Translations under genes and position numbers: made by a program | Notes under the pieces: model-generated | Database searches by the model: none | What the model was told of the DNA's origin: nothing | The model's input: only the letters and a program-made list of their open reading frames with translations | In this document: piece after piece, positions 1 through 9,210 of the stretch | Position numbering within the stretch: the stretch's first letter is position 1 | Layout: each line of letters starts with the position of its first letter | NCBI GenBank assembly: GCA_904502225.1 | Contig: CAJGDO010000002.1 | Span: 1,425 to 65,424 of the forward strand | Length of the DNA stretch: 64,000 nt | Source of the DNA: an uncultured Clostridia bacterium | Lineage (GTDB): Bacteria; Bacillota; Clostridia; Christensenellales; Borkfalkiaceae | Direction of reading: 5' to 3'

Positions 1-1857
1 GTCAAGGTTGATAAGTGCCTTGCAATATTGCAAAACCACCCTTGGCACTTTTTGCGTTTTTTTATCAAGGCATTCGATAAAGGTTTTAAGTTCAGCCCAC
101 TTGCCCGCCAAGTCAAAAGCAACCGTTGCTTTTTTAACAAGTTCAATTTCTTTTGGGTTAAACTTTACCGACTCTAACGCAAACTTTAAACAGTTTTCAT
201 AATCTTTTTTTATCATATAATATTGCGATAAAGCAAAACAGTTCCAAGCGTTCTTTTCTAAAGCAATCGACCTTTCTAACTGTTCCTTGCCCTCGCCAAA
301 CTTTCTTTCAGCAATCAACGCACAGCCAAGCATATAATATGTAAGCCAAAAATCTTTATCCTTATTTTTTATAGCCAAGCGTAAAAGGTCTTGCCACTCT
401 TGACTTCTTTGATAAGAAAGTGGTGCAACCGAACTATCCACCGTGTTTTTGCTTTTAAGCGTGCCATCTTTAACCAAACTTATCCACATTTCTTGTTCGG
501 CGTTCGTTGTCCCAAAATCTAAATGCTCTGATAAAACTTTCTCGCCCGCCTCTCTTCTTCTAATATTTTCAAGTTGAGCAAACCCTTCACCACGCATATA
601 AACTTCGCCAAGCCTTGTGGTTGCCATTTTTTGTGTGTCAACAAGTTCTTTTTCTGCACTTTGTTCGGTTATTTGACTTTCAATCTCTCTTTCAACCGCT
701 TGTTGTGCAACTTTCCAATCCCCAAAAGCCTGCTTTGGCTCAATTTGTATAGCACCGTAATATTCAACCCATTCCCAACACTCGTTTTTTGGCATAGGTA
801 TAACTTCATATTGAGTTTTCCCAACGCCACATTGAATTTCACAGTATTTTCCGTCTTGATATTTGCCAAACCCGTCATCGCCAGAAAGATATTCTTGCCA
901 ATTTTCTCCGCCTTTGCCAACACCCCAAACAAAGAGTTTTCGCCCTTGCAATTTTTGGGTTGAAAACTGACATAAGCCATAGCCGTTTTCATCAACTTGG
1001 GCAATATATTTTCGCCTATCTTTTTTAATATTGAAAAAATAGTCTTTGGCTTTTTTATTGTTTAACGCATAGGTTATGTCCGTATGATTATAAACTGGAA
1101 CAGGCACTTCCACAACCGAAATTTCATCTCTTGAAATAGCCGAAATCGAGCCTTCCGTGGTAAACGCCGTGTCGGCAGGGAAAATGCACCTTGCCCCCTT
1201 TGAAGTTGGCACGGCTATGTTCGACCACCAATATGCGTAAGTTTGATAAGGCAATTCATTGACAATTCTTGTTCTACAATGCAAAAATTTTGAGCCGTCT
1301 GGCAAATAAAAATCCATTTGATAAGTCACTTGCCTTATCCTTTCATAGTTATAAATTCTTAAAACAGGACACCCTAACCCCGACTGCTCTTTTGAAATAA
1401 GGTTTGTAAACATCTTATCGCAAGTGTAAGCGTTGTGGCCTGCCGTTTGGGCAAAATTCCACTCCACCCCGCCCGATGACCAAGCGTTTCTTAACGCAAG
1501 ATAGGCTGGCCTAAAAACGTGGTTGTTAAAAAGCAACTCTTTGCCCGCCTTTTTGTCAAAAAGCGACCAGAGTTTTCCGCCCCACTGTGGCGTAAAGGTT
1601 GCAATCAAATATTCGTTTTCTAAAGCGATGGCATCAATATCGCTATAAACCAACTTTCTATCATATCCGTTCTGCTCGCTATACGGAAAAGTTGAACAGT
1701 TGGTCTTATCGCTTAAACATAAATCGCTTTCATCATTTACCTTTTGTGCAACAAAAAGCGATTCTCTTTCCTTTATATCATAAAGAAAGGGAAGATTGCT
1801 GTTTTTGCCCATATCAACGGCTCTGATTGGTAGTTTAACCTTTTTTAACTCGCTCAT
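1..1857 (-). CDS. Large TPR-containing protein with a DUF5107-like N-terminal region. It is 3'-truncated by the window edge.
   Basis: I translated the minus strand by hand from the ATG at 1857..1855 (MSELKKVKLPIRAVDMGKNSNLPFLYD...). It stays open for 619 codons to position 1. The C-terminal part has TPR-like helical repeats (WLTYYMLGCALIAERKFGEGKEQLERSIALEKNAWNCFALSQYY). It is absent from the ORF track only because it has no stop codon in the window. The family name is from memory. Confidence 0.7.
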   Translation of the reverse strand, partial: MSELKKVKLPIRAVDMGKNSNLPFLYDIKERESLFVAQKVNDESDLCLSDKTNCSTFPYSEQNGYDRKLVYSDIDAIALENEYLIATFTPQWGGKLWSLFDKKAGKELLFNNHVFRPAYLALRNAWSSGGVEWNFAQTAGHNAYTCDKMFTNLISKEQSGLGCPVLRIYNYERIRQVTYQMDFYLPDGSKFLHCRTRIVNELPYQTYAYWWSNIAVPTSKGARCIFPADTAFTTEGSISAISRDEISVVEVPVPVYNHTDITYALNNKKAKDYFFNIKKDRRKYIAQVDENGYGLCQFSTQKLQGRKLFVWGVGKGGENWQEYLSGDDGFGKYQDGKYCEIQCGVGKTQYEVIPMPKNECWEWVEYYGAIQIEPKQAFGDWKVAQQAVEREIESQITEQSAEKELVDTQKMATTRLGEVYMRGEGFAQLENIRRREAGEKVLSEHLDFGTTNAEQEMWISLVKDGTLKSKNTVDSSVAPLSYQRSQEWQDLLRLAIKNKDKDFWLTYYMLGCALIAERKFGEGKEQLERSIALEKNAWNCFALSQYYMIKKDYENCLKFALESVKFNPKEIELVKKATVAFDLAGKWAELKTFIECLDKKTQKVPRVVLQYCKALINLD

Positions 1858-1973
1858 AAAACACCTTTTTAACAACTTGGTTTTATCATACATTATCCTT
1901 AAGCATTTTTCAAGTGTTTTTGTAAATTATTTACATAAAAACAAAAGGCAAAGTCAAACTTTGCCTTTTATTT

Positions 1974-2261
1974 TTAACTTAATTGAGTTTTGACCTTTGA
2001 AAACTTGTTTTTATGCTCTGATAAAACTGTTTCAGGTGCCGATTCCACTTGGTAATAACCGTGTTCGGTCATTTGGCAAAAAACCTTCATTTGGTCATCA
2101 GCCTGTTCTTGCCAATGCTCTTGAATAAGCGTTCTAAAACCCTTTGAGCAACCTTCGGTCATTGCCGTTGAATAAATTTTAACTAAACTTTTTTCAATGT
2201 TTAGCATATCTTGTAAACTGTCTTTTTCATTTAGCGTTATATCTGCTTTATAATTACTCAT
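1974..2261 (-). CDS. Spore coat protein, CotF family
   Basis: This 95-aa product carries a Coat_F-type motif (LNEKDSLQDMLNIEKSLVKIYSTAMTEGCSKGFRTLIQEH...HGYY). Confidence 0.8.
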   Translation of the reverse strand: MSNYKADITLNEKDSLQDMLNIEKSLVKIYSTAMTEGCSKGFRTLIQEHWQEQADDQMKVFCQMTEHGYYQVESAPETVLSEHKNKFSKVKTQLS

Positions 2262-2272
2262 ATTCCCCCCTA

Positions 2273-2461
2273 TTATAACAAATCAAAAAGTGCGTTAAAT
2301 CTTTTTTCGTGATTATCTGCAATTTTTGAAAAAGTGTTTGCCAACTTTTCATCAGTTAGCGTTCTTGAATAAAGCCTTGCCTTTTTGCAAGCACTTTCTT
2401 CCATTGTCAAAAGGTCTGAAATAAGCGTTGCTTCTTTAGTTGTCAACATGTTTTTGTTCAT
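2273..2461 (-). CDS. Small helical protein directly upstream of the cotF-like gene; hypothetical, likely spore-associated
   Basis: A 62-aa ORF lies 11 nt upstream of the CotF-family gene on the same strand. No motif was recognised. Confidence 0.5.
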   Translation of the reverse strand: MNKNMLTTKEATLISDLLTMEESACKKARLYSRTLTDEKLANTFSKIADNHEKRFNALFDLL

Positions 2462-2511
2462 AATTTTTTCTCCTTTATTTTATTATTGTCAAACAATGCT
2501 ATTTTATACTT

Positions 2512-4371
2512 TTACATTAAAAGCGTGCCTTCAGTGGACTCTATAACCTTAAACATTTCAATTTGGTGCAAAGTGTTTGCATCTATATAAACGTAATAGG
2601 TTTGCCCTTCAAACTCGCCCGAAAACTCATAGCAAAGTTTTTCGCCACTTTGCCCAAAAGGTACGACAACAAGCCTTGAACTTTCAATGTTTATGCCGTC
2701 ATACACTTGGCTTTTTGCGTCCTGAACGCTTGCCGTTGCCCTGCCAACATTTCTATCGGTGTGGTTGGTATAATAAGTTTTTGCTTCAATGCCGATTACC
2801 GTGCCCGTTTCAGCACAAACTCTTACCTTAACTAAATCAGGGTATAAAATAACGCCGTTTTGCTCGCTTGCAAAGTTAATGGTGTAAACGTTGTTTGCAA
2901 GGTTAAACCACACTTCTTTCATATTGGTTAAGCCCATATTCTTCAAAAATGCTTGTGCTTTTTCTATTGCCGTTTGCCTTTCGACACCAACTTGCTCGCA
3001 ACTGCCCGCATATGAAAACATTATAAGTTTCCCGTCACGCTCTGACATTTGTGCATAAAGTCTTTCGCCCTCGTAAACGGCTTCAATATTATAGCAAACA
3101 ATATCGCCATCGGTTTTACCTGCACTTTCTATTTTAGAAAACGAATAATCGTTAAAAATCTTAACAAAGTTTTCTTTTGCCTTGTCAAAACTTACCGTAT
3201 TTGTTGAAAGCCCTTTAATTTCCCTTTGGTCTAACCCGTCTGAAAACGGCCCGTCGTAAATTAGTTCAGGATACTGAACGGATAAGTTTTGAAGTTGGTT
3301 TAAACTTTCAAGCAAAACGTCCTTATTTTTGGCGTTTTCCAGATTGGAAAAAGAATAGCCGTTTCCCATATTTTTCATAACTTCTTGCAAAGCGTTTTTA
3401 AAGTCAAGGTTAGCATAATATAAATTTTGCAAGTTTTCCCTATCCTTTGCCGTCAAAGCCTGCCCGTCAAGTAATTTGTTGTTCAAATATTTTGCATAAT
3501 CGCCAATTTGGTTAATCATTTTTGCAATATATTCTTTGCTTTGGTCGTGAAGTGGAAGTTGTTGAATTTCATTTTCGGCAAGTTCGCTGTTGATTGCCGT
3601 GTCCACCAAATATTTTTGCACTGCCGACTTGTCCTTGCTTGCAAGAATTTTCGATAAGTTTAAGTCAATGTTATCAACTTGCTCAACCGTGCTATAAAAA
3701 GACTTTTGGTAAGAACTTTCTAACATTGTGTCAGTGGTTGATGGCATCAAAAGCGTATAGGTTAAAACTGATGCAAGCACCAAAGACACCACGCCAAGTG
3801 AAATAACTGCAGCAAGCCACCCACCAAAACCTTTATTTTTTTGTCTTTTTTTCTTCTTTTCTTGTTTTTTTGCTCGTTTTTGGGCTAAAATTTGCTCTCT
3901 TTTTTGTTGTTTTTCTCTTTTAGCCGTAATTTTTTGTTCTTTTTTTGCGTTCTTCTCTAAAAGTTTTCTGTTTTTTCGCTCTTGTTTAGTTTCCTTTTTT
4001 AAGGCTTCTTTTTTCTCTCTTTTTTGTTCTAAAATCCTTTGTTTTTGCTCTAATTTTTCTTGCTTTCTTTTCTTCTTTTCTCTTAAACGCGTGGCTTTAG
4101 CCTTTTGTTTTTCGGCTTTTTTGTGGGCACGAAGTTTTGCATTTTCAATGCGTTTTTGTGCTTTAATTTTTTGCCTTTCTTCTTTTAATTTTTGTTTTTT
4201 TGCCCTTTTTTCTGCCTTTAATTGTTGTTTTAACTGTCTTTTTTCTTGCTTTTTAGAAAGTTTTTCTTGGCTTTGTGAATTTTTTGTATTTGAGCCACTT
4301 GAAGATTGTTTTTTCTTTGGTTTTTGCATTTTTTCAGCCTTTTCAACGGCGTTATTTTTCTTTTTTTCCAT
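2512..4371 (-). CDS. ypeB: Germination protein YpeB-like, with a long Lys-rich N-terminal extension
   Basis: The 619-aa product has one TM segment (GWLAAVISLGVVSLVLASVLTY) followed by a YpeB-like region and C-terminal PepSY-like repeats. It sits immediately downstream of sleB, as in the canonical sleB-ypeB operon. Confidence 0.85.
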   Translation of the reverse strand: MEKKKNNAVEKAEKMQKPKKKQSSSGSNTKNSQSQEKLSKKQEKRQLKQQLKAEKRAKKQKLKEERQKIKAQKRIENAKLRAHKKAEKQKAKATRLREKKKRKQEKLEQKQRILEQKREKKEALKKETKQERKNRKLLEKNAKKEQKITAKREKQQKREQILAQKRAKKQEKKKKRQKNKGFGGWLAAVISLGVVSLVLASVLTYTLLMPSTTDTMLESSYQKSFYSTVEQVDNIDLNLSKILASKDKSAVQKYLVDTAINSELAENEIQQLPLHDQSKEYIAKMINQIGDYAKYLNNKLLDGQALTAKDRENLQNLYYANLDFKNALQEVMKNMGNGYSFSNLENAKNKDVLLESLNQLQNLSVQYPELIYDGPFSDGLDQREIKGLSTNTVSFDKAKENFVKIFNDYSFSKIESAGKTDGDIVCYNIEAVYEGERLYAQMSERDGKLIMFSYAGSCEQVGVERQTAIEKAQAFLKNMGLTNMKEVWFNLANNVYTINFASEQNGVILYPDLVKVRVCAETGTVIGIEAKTYYTNHTDRNVGRATASVQDAKSQVYDGINIESSRLVVVPFGQSGEKLCYEFSGEFEGQTYYVYIDANTLHQIEMFKVIESTEGTLLM

Positions 4372-4380
4372 AATTCCCCC

Positions 4381-5079
4381 TTAAATTGCAAAAACGTGGT
4401 TGCCTATTGTGACCGTGGTTTTTCTTGAAAAAATCCATTGGCTTGTTGCCGTTGCAGGATTATAATAGTAAAGTGCCCCGTAAGAAGGGTCCCAACCGTT
4501 CATAGCGTCTTGTGCCGCCTTTTTTGCGGTGGCGTTTGGCGTTAAGTTAATCTGCCCGTCATCAACGGCAGTGAACGCATATTTTTGGTAAATTACGCCC
4601 GCCATAGTGTTTGGGAAAGACGCACTTTTAATTCTGTTTAGAACAACTGCCCCAACGGCCACTTGCCCAACGTAACTTTCCCCCCTTGCTTCGCCGTAAA
4701 TAAGTCTTGCCAAAAGCATAACGTCTGCATCGGTATAACTTGACGAGCCTTGTGAAGAACTTGTCGTGCTTATGCCAAGTGCTTTTAGCGTTTGATTGCC
4801 AACGACACCATCGACTTTAAGCCCGTTCTTTCTTTGGAAATATTTAACGGCTTCCTTGGTTTTTGCCCCGTAAATTCCGTCAATAGCCCCCTTATAATAT
4901 CCCCAATTTTTAAGTTTGGTTTGAATAGTTTTTACAGTTTGACCACGGCTACCTTGTGAAATAACGGCGGCGTAAGCCGTCAGCGGTTGGCTGTTATCGG
5001 TTGGCGTATAAGCCCCCGCAAAAATGCCGATGCTCAAAAACATTAAAACTATTGCAGTTAGTTTAAAAATTTTTTTCAT
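4381..5079 (-). CDS. sleB: Spore cortex-lytic enzyme SleB (PG-binding domain plus Hydrolase_2)
   Basis: It has a signal peptide, a PG_binding_1 motif (GSRGQTVKTIQTKLKNWGYYKGAIDGIYGAKTKEAVKYFQRKNGL) and a SleB catalytic motif (LLARLIYGEARGESYVGQVAVGAVVLNR). Confidence 0.9.
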   Translation of the reverse strand: MKKIFKLTAIVLMFLSIGIFAGAYTPTDNSQPLTAYAAVISQGSRGQTVKTIQTKLKNWGYYKGAIDGIYGAKTKEAVKYFQRKNGLKVDGVVGNQTLKALGISTTSSSQGSSSYTDADVMLLARLIYGEARGESYVGQVAVGAVVLNRIKSASFPNTMAGVIYQKYAFTAVDDGQINLTPNATAKKAAQDAMNGWDPSYGALYYYNPATATSQWIFSRKTTVTIGNHVFAI

Positions 5080-5613
5080 TTATCTTTTCTCCTTATCAAA
5101 AAAGTCAAAAATAATGTCCAAAATCTTGCTTTTATACTTATAGTTTTGCCCTTCGCCAGTAAAGCACAACGGCGGATAAACCACGCACCACCAGTTGTCG
5201 CCTTTTGCTTCACCAAGTTCTAAAATTAAAGCGTCGTAAAACCCGCTTTCCAAACACAAATCTTCGTAATATCGTGTTGGGAACTTTTCGTTTTTCACGC
5301 TCGCTTTTACCGAATAGTTAAAGCCGTTTGCCTTTAAAACGGTCAAAGCAACACCCTCTATATTTTCCAAGTTGTCAGAAAGCATTTTTTGGGCTTTTTC
5401 TTTGGTGTTGCACTCGGCTATATAAGGCGTTAAAAAGTCAACGACCTTATCTTTAACTAGGTATTTAACTTGTTGGTCAACTGAAAGGTTTGAGTTGGCA
5501 CGAATATGTATCCGAAGATACTGTGTGTTTTGCCCACCCTGATAAGACGATAGACCTATTCCCGACAAAACTATTATGGCTATAAACAAAAAACTTATGC
5601 ACGCTTTTTTCAT
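5080..5613 (-). CDS. spoIIR: Stage II sporulation protein R
   Basis: SpoIIR motifs are present: YLRIHIRANSN...DNWWCVVYPPLCF. The N-terminus has a signal/TM segment. Confidence 0.9.
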   Translation of the reverse strand: MKKACISFLFIAIIVLSGIGLSSYQGGQNTQYLRIHIRANSNLSVDQQVKYLVKDKVVDFLTPYIAECNTKEKAQKMLSDNLENIEGVALTVLKANGFNYSVKASVKNEKFPTRYYEDLCLESGFYDALILELGEAKGDNWWCVVYPPLCFTGEGQNYKYKSKILDIIFDFFDKEKR

Positions 5614-5758
5614 CTTGATTTTCCACCTTTATCTTAAACTTTGTTTGCTTGCCCTTTGTTTATTGACATATCCTTTAATTTTTATACAATGATTTTAAAC
5701 TTAAAACGCCGTCGGGTTTCCCCAACGGCGTTCTCTTTTTTTGGTTTATTAAATTGTT

Positions 5759-6601
5759 TTAAACTGTTTGTGCTTTTATAAGTTTTTTCTTATAAAGCGG
5801 ATAAAGTTTTTTATAAGCCTTTTGTCTTTGACCTTTTGAAGGGAAAATTCCATAAACGGCAGTTCCGCTTCCCGTCATAATTTGTGCTGATGCCCCCGCT
5901 TTTTTAAGTGCGATTAAGTTTGCCTTAATTTCTTCAACTTTGCTTGCAGATGCACTTGTAAGGTCGTTTTTCAAAATCAAGCAAAACCTATAAAAGTCAT
6001 TTTCTTTAAGTGCTTTTTCAGCACTTGCCGTGCAAGGCTTATAAGTTTTTTCTTGCTTGTCAAAAAGTTTATAACTTTCTTTTGCGGTAATCGACTTGTC
6101 ATCAGTTATTATAAGAAGATACAACTTTTCTTTTATATCCTTTTTATCAACCTTGTCGCCCCTTCCCGTCAAAACGGCATAACCGCCGTCTAAAAGGTAT
6201 CCCGAATCGCTACCCAACTCGTTTGCAAGTGATAAAACTTCTTCTTTTTCATAAAGCCTTTTCATTCCGTTAAGCACGCCTGCTATATCTACACTTGAAC
6301 CGCCAAGCCCAGCCCCAACGGGAATTTTTTTGTTCACGATAATGTCCACACCCAACGTCTTATATTTATCCGCAAAGGCCTTGCCCGCCCTATAAGCGTT
6401 GTTTTCGGTTGTTTCGCAATTAACAGGAACGCCTTTCATAATCAAATTTATTCGGCTGTCCTTTCTCTTTTTTATTGTGATTGTATCATAAAGGTCAATG
6501 GTGCTGACAAGCGTTTTTATTTTATGATACCCGTTTTCCACCCCCAAAACGTCAAGGGTAAGATTGACCTTTGCTGGAGCTTTGATAACCACTTTTTTCA
6601 T
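5759..6601 (-). CDS. ispE: 4-diphosphocytidyl-2-C-methyl-D-erythritol kinase
   Basis: The product has the KAPAKVNLTLDVLG N-terminus and the GHMP kinase motif PVGAGLGGSSVDIAG. Confidence 0.9.
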   Translation of the reverse strand: MKKVVIKAPAKVNLTLDVLGVENGYHKIKTLVSTIDLYDTITIKKRKDSRINLIMKGVPVNCETTENNAYRAGKAFADKYKTLGVDIIVNKKIPVGAGLGGSSVDIAGVLNGMKRLYEKEEVLSLANELGSDSGYLLDGGYAVLTGRGDKVDKKDIKEKLYLLIITDDKSITAKESYKLFDKQEKTYKPCTASAEKALKENDFYRFCLILKNDLTSASASKVEEIKANLIALKKAGASAQIMTGSGTAVYGIFPSKGQRQKAYKKLYPLYKKKLIKAQTV

Positions 6602-6630
6602 AAGTATTTCCTTTTTTATGCTACATTATA

Positions 6631-8157
6631 TTACTTTTGTCTATAAATTACAATCCTTTCATTTCCGCTCAACGGGAATTGCAAGTCTTTATTGGTTTGC
6701 CTAATCTTATCTGGGCATTGATTAAGCCTTTTTGCAAGTGCAAAAACGTCCTCACCACACCTTGCGATATACACGCTTATTGGGAAAGGGTTTTCTTCCT
6801 TATCCTCTAAAAACTTAATGTCGCTGACAACTTTATATTGAACCTTTTGGGTTGGATAAAGGGTTAAAAACACTTCACCAAAAATTTCCAACTCGGTTGA
6901 AGACACGATTTTTGCCGTTGTCTTAAATGCTTTTGCATTAAAGCAGAACTCGGTGTTTTCACCAAACTCGCCCTCGATAAAGTTTTCAAACGCAAACTCT
7001 ATTTTTCTTGTAAAAACTTTGTTGTCGGTGTCCTTAAAATACACTGTGGTAAAATATTCGCCCACAACGTTTAAGCCGTCCGCCGTTCTATTATGCCCAA
7101 CGATATTAACGTTTTCTAAACAACAGCAAACAACGCTAGCCCCAAGCGGAATTTCCATTGTAGAGCCTTTGCCACTTACCGAAAAGTTATAACTTCTTAT
7201 TTCTTGGCATTGGCAAGAATAACAGTTTTCACTGACAAGTTCTAAATTCTTTTCCGTGCAGAACGCATCTTTGGCGTGACAATATGCATTTTGCGAAAAA
7301 GCCTCGCCCTCGAACTGCAAAGATACGTATGCATTAACCACGCTAACGCCACGCTCTTCATCAACGCCAACGTCCGTTCTAAACGACTTTTCTTTAACGG
7401 TTGCAACCGATAACATATTTGGCATTGCGTCCTCGCACTCGATTTCCATTCTGAACGGCAACACCCTATTTTCTCTTATTATATCCCTTTTTTCATTTTT
7501 TTGCAAGCATACTATTGATAAAAGCACTTCTCCATCAACGATAATGCTTCCAACACCGCATTGGGTTGCCGTAATAACGCCTTTTGCCGTGTGGCACAAC
7601 ACTTGTTCAACGGGATATGAAAGTTCAAACTCTTCTTCAATAGGGTAAACGCTTTTAACCTTGCCAAGCGAAACAAGGCAGTTGTTTTCCACTTTATCAA
7701 CAAACAAGTTATCCCCACCCACCAACGCACTGACACTGTGCGATTTTTGACAAGCAAGATAAACTGTTATAATTGCACTTACCGATAGGTAAGCCCCCGT
7801 TTGCGAATATTCAACCTTTTCAATCTTTGCAGATACGCTCGACTTAATATCTTCCGCCACGCCCAACGCACTCAAGTCAAACGCCCCGTCAAAATCGACG
7901 GCACACTCGCTCTTTTTTAGGTTGTTTTCGTTGTCAACGTAAGTTATGTAAAAGTTTGTTTTTCCGTTATATTTTATCTTCCCGTCTAAACTTTCGCCGT
8001 TTTCCACAAAACAAAATGGCGATATTGAAAGCACGCTAACGCACTCTTCATTTAACAAGGTTGATTTTGTTTCAACCTTAATTTGTTCTTTTTTTTCAGA
8101 TAACGCTTGTTCAAACGTAATTTTTTCAAAAACAGGCTCTACCATTTTCCCCTCCAA
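6631..8157 (-). CDS. DUF3794/SPOCS-type repeat protein with a C-terminal LysM-like segment
   Basis: The 508-aa ORF sits in the veg-ispE neighbourhood typical of sporeformers. The C-terminus (VYIARCGEDVFALAKRLNQCPDKIRQTNKDL...IVI) looks LysM-like. The family call is from memory. Confidence 0.65.
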   Translation of the reverse strand: MEGKMVEPVFEKITFEQALSEKKEQIKVETKSTLLNEECVSVLSISPFCFVENGESLDGKIKYNGKTNFYITYVDNENNLKKSECAVDFDGAFDLSALGVAEDIKSSVSAKIEKVEYSQTGAYLSVSAIITVYLACQKSHSVSALVGGDNLFVDKVENNCLVSLGKVKSVYPIEEEFELSYPVEQVLCHTAKGVITATQCGVGSIIVDGEVLLSIVCLQKNEKRDIIRENRVLPFRMEIECEDAMPNMLSVATVKEKSFRTDVGVDEERGVSVVNAYVSLQFEGEAFSQNAYCHAKDAFCTEKNLELVSENCYSCQCQEIRSYNFSVSGKGSTMEIPLGASVVCCCLENVNIVGHNRTADGLNVVGEYFTTVYFKDTDNKVFTRKIEFAFENFIEGEFGENTEFCFNAKAFKTTAKIVSSTELEIFGEVFLTLYPTQKVQYKVVSDIKFLEDKEENPFPISVYIARCGEDVFALAKRLNQCPDKIRQTNKDLQFPLSGNERIVIYRQK

Positions 8158-8254
8158 AACATAAAATTATATTACATTATATTATTTCTCTTTTAACATT
8201 ATGCTATTTAGGAAAATGAAAAAAGCGTTGGGTTTTGCCAACGCTTTTTATAGA

Positions 8255-8512
8255 CTATTCCACGCCTTCTAAATTTATTTCTTTCAGTTTAACTCTGCCA
8301 CACATATATTCTGAATAAGAATAGGTGGTTTTGCCCTTAAACGTTTGGTCAACAGGGCAAACGGTAAATAGTGCGGGATAAACGCTTTTAACCTTGCCAA
8401 CAAAACTTATCACTTTGTTCCTGCCAAGGTTTAATGTGACCGCAACCGATTTTTCTTGCATTTTTTTGATGCTTGATTTTACTTCGGATAAAGATAAAGA
8501 ACTTTTAATCAT
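8255..8512 (-). CDS. veg: Veg (biofilm formation stimulator, DUF1021)
   Basis: The 85-aa product has the Veg motif (LNLGRNKVISFVGKVKSVYPALFTV...YSYSEYMCGRVKL). Confidence 0.9.
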   Translation of the reverse strand: MIKSSLSLSEVKSSIKKMQEKSVAVTLNLGRNKVISFVGKVKSVYPALFTVCPVDQTFKGKTTYSYSEYMCGRVKLKEINLEGVE

Positions 8513-8553
8513 ATATTAAATATTGACTAAAAATTCTTTTCTATACCTTTTAT

Positions 8554-9048
8554 TTAAAAATCTTCAACTTCTTCGCCGTCTTCGTCTTCATCATCTTCGT
8601 CGTCTTCATCATCTTCAAAGTCGGCTTCGTCAATGTCTGGAATATCAAAATCGTCCTCTTCTTCTTCAACGATTTCTTCTTCCTCTTCTTCTTCAAGGTC
8701 ACCTTCTTCTTCGGCTAACTTGTTAAGAGAAAGCATTTCTTCATCTTCCTCTTCTTCCTCTTCTTCAGCGTCTAGATATTCCTTCCAAGAATCGTCATCT
8801 AACTCATCAGAGCGTTCCTTATATTCTTTTTCTTCCAAACACTTATAGCACATCTTTTCACCCGGTCTAATAGGGTTTTGGTGGCAAACTGGGCAAAGGT
8901 CCATCATTTCGCCATCATCTTCATCATCAACAGCAAAAACGAGTTGAGGGCCCTTCTTCAATTCTGCTTTACAAACTGCACAAAACTCTTCGCCCCTTTT
9001 AATGTAATTAAGTTCACATCTTGGGCACTTGATATAATCTCCTGGCAT
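8554..9048 (-). CDS. Double zinc-ribbon protein with an extreme poly-acidic C-terminal tail; hypothetical
   Basis: Two CxxC...CxxC pairs are present (CPRC..CAVC and CPVC..CYKC), followed by about 75 residues that are almost all E/D. An ATG start is preceded by an RBS-like sequence. Confidence 0.7.
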   Translation of the reverse strand: MPGDYIKCPRCELNYIKRGEEFCAVCKAELKKGPQLVFAVDDEDDGEMMDLCPVCHQNPIRPGEKMCYKCLEEKEYKERSDELDDDSWKEYLDAEEEEEEEDEEMLSLNKLAEEEGDLEEEEEEEIVEEEEDDFDIPDIDEADFEDDEDDEDDEDEDGEEVEDF

Positions 9049-9210
9049 AGTAAATTCTCCGTATATATCATATATATTATTCTTTTGCTCAAAGCGTTAA
9101 TATCTTTGCTTGCTATATTATATATACCTATAAAGAATTTGTAAACTGTTTTAATAAAAATTTTTAATTTTTTTAATATTTTTTTATTTTTTCTTTATTT
9201 ATTGTCTTTT

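Noticed and set aside
574-1004. ORFs 574..963 (+) and 669..1004 (-), plus 8..202, 1599..1826 and 1796..1993 (+)
   Set aside because: The ORFs up to 1826 lie inside the continuous 619-codon minus-strand ORF (1..1857), in other frames or antisense to it. ORF 1796..1993 overlaps the start of that ORF and runs through the following spacer into the cotF-like gene's 3' end. None has an RBS or a recognisable motif.
4091-4384. Plus-strand 97-aa Phe/Cys-rich ORF
   Set aside because: It is antisense to the AAG/AAA-rich region encoding the YpeB Lys-rich extension and is an artefact of the repeat.
8523-8848. Plus-strand ORFs 8523..8726 and 8633..8848 (Leu/Arg/Ser-rich)
   Set aside because: They are antisense read-through of the GAA/GAC triplet-repeat region that encodes the acidic tail of the zinc-ribbon protein. 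They are low-complexity artefacts.
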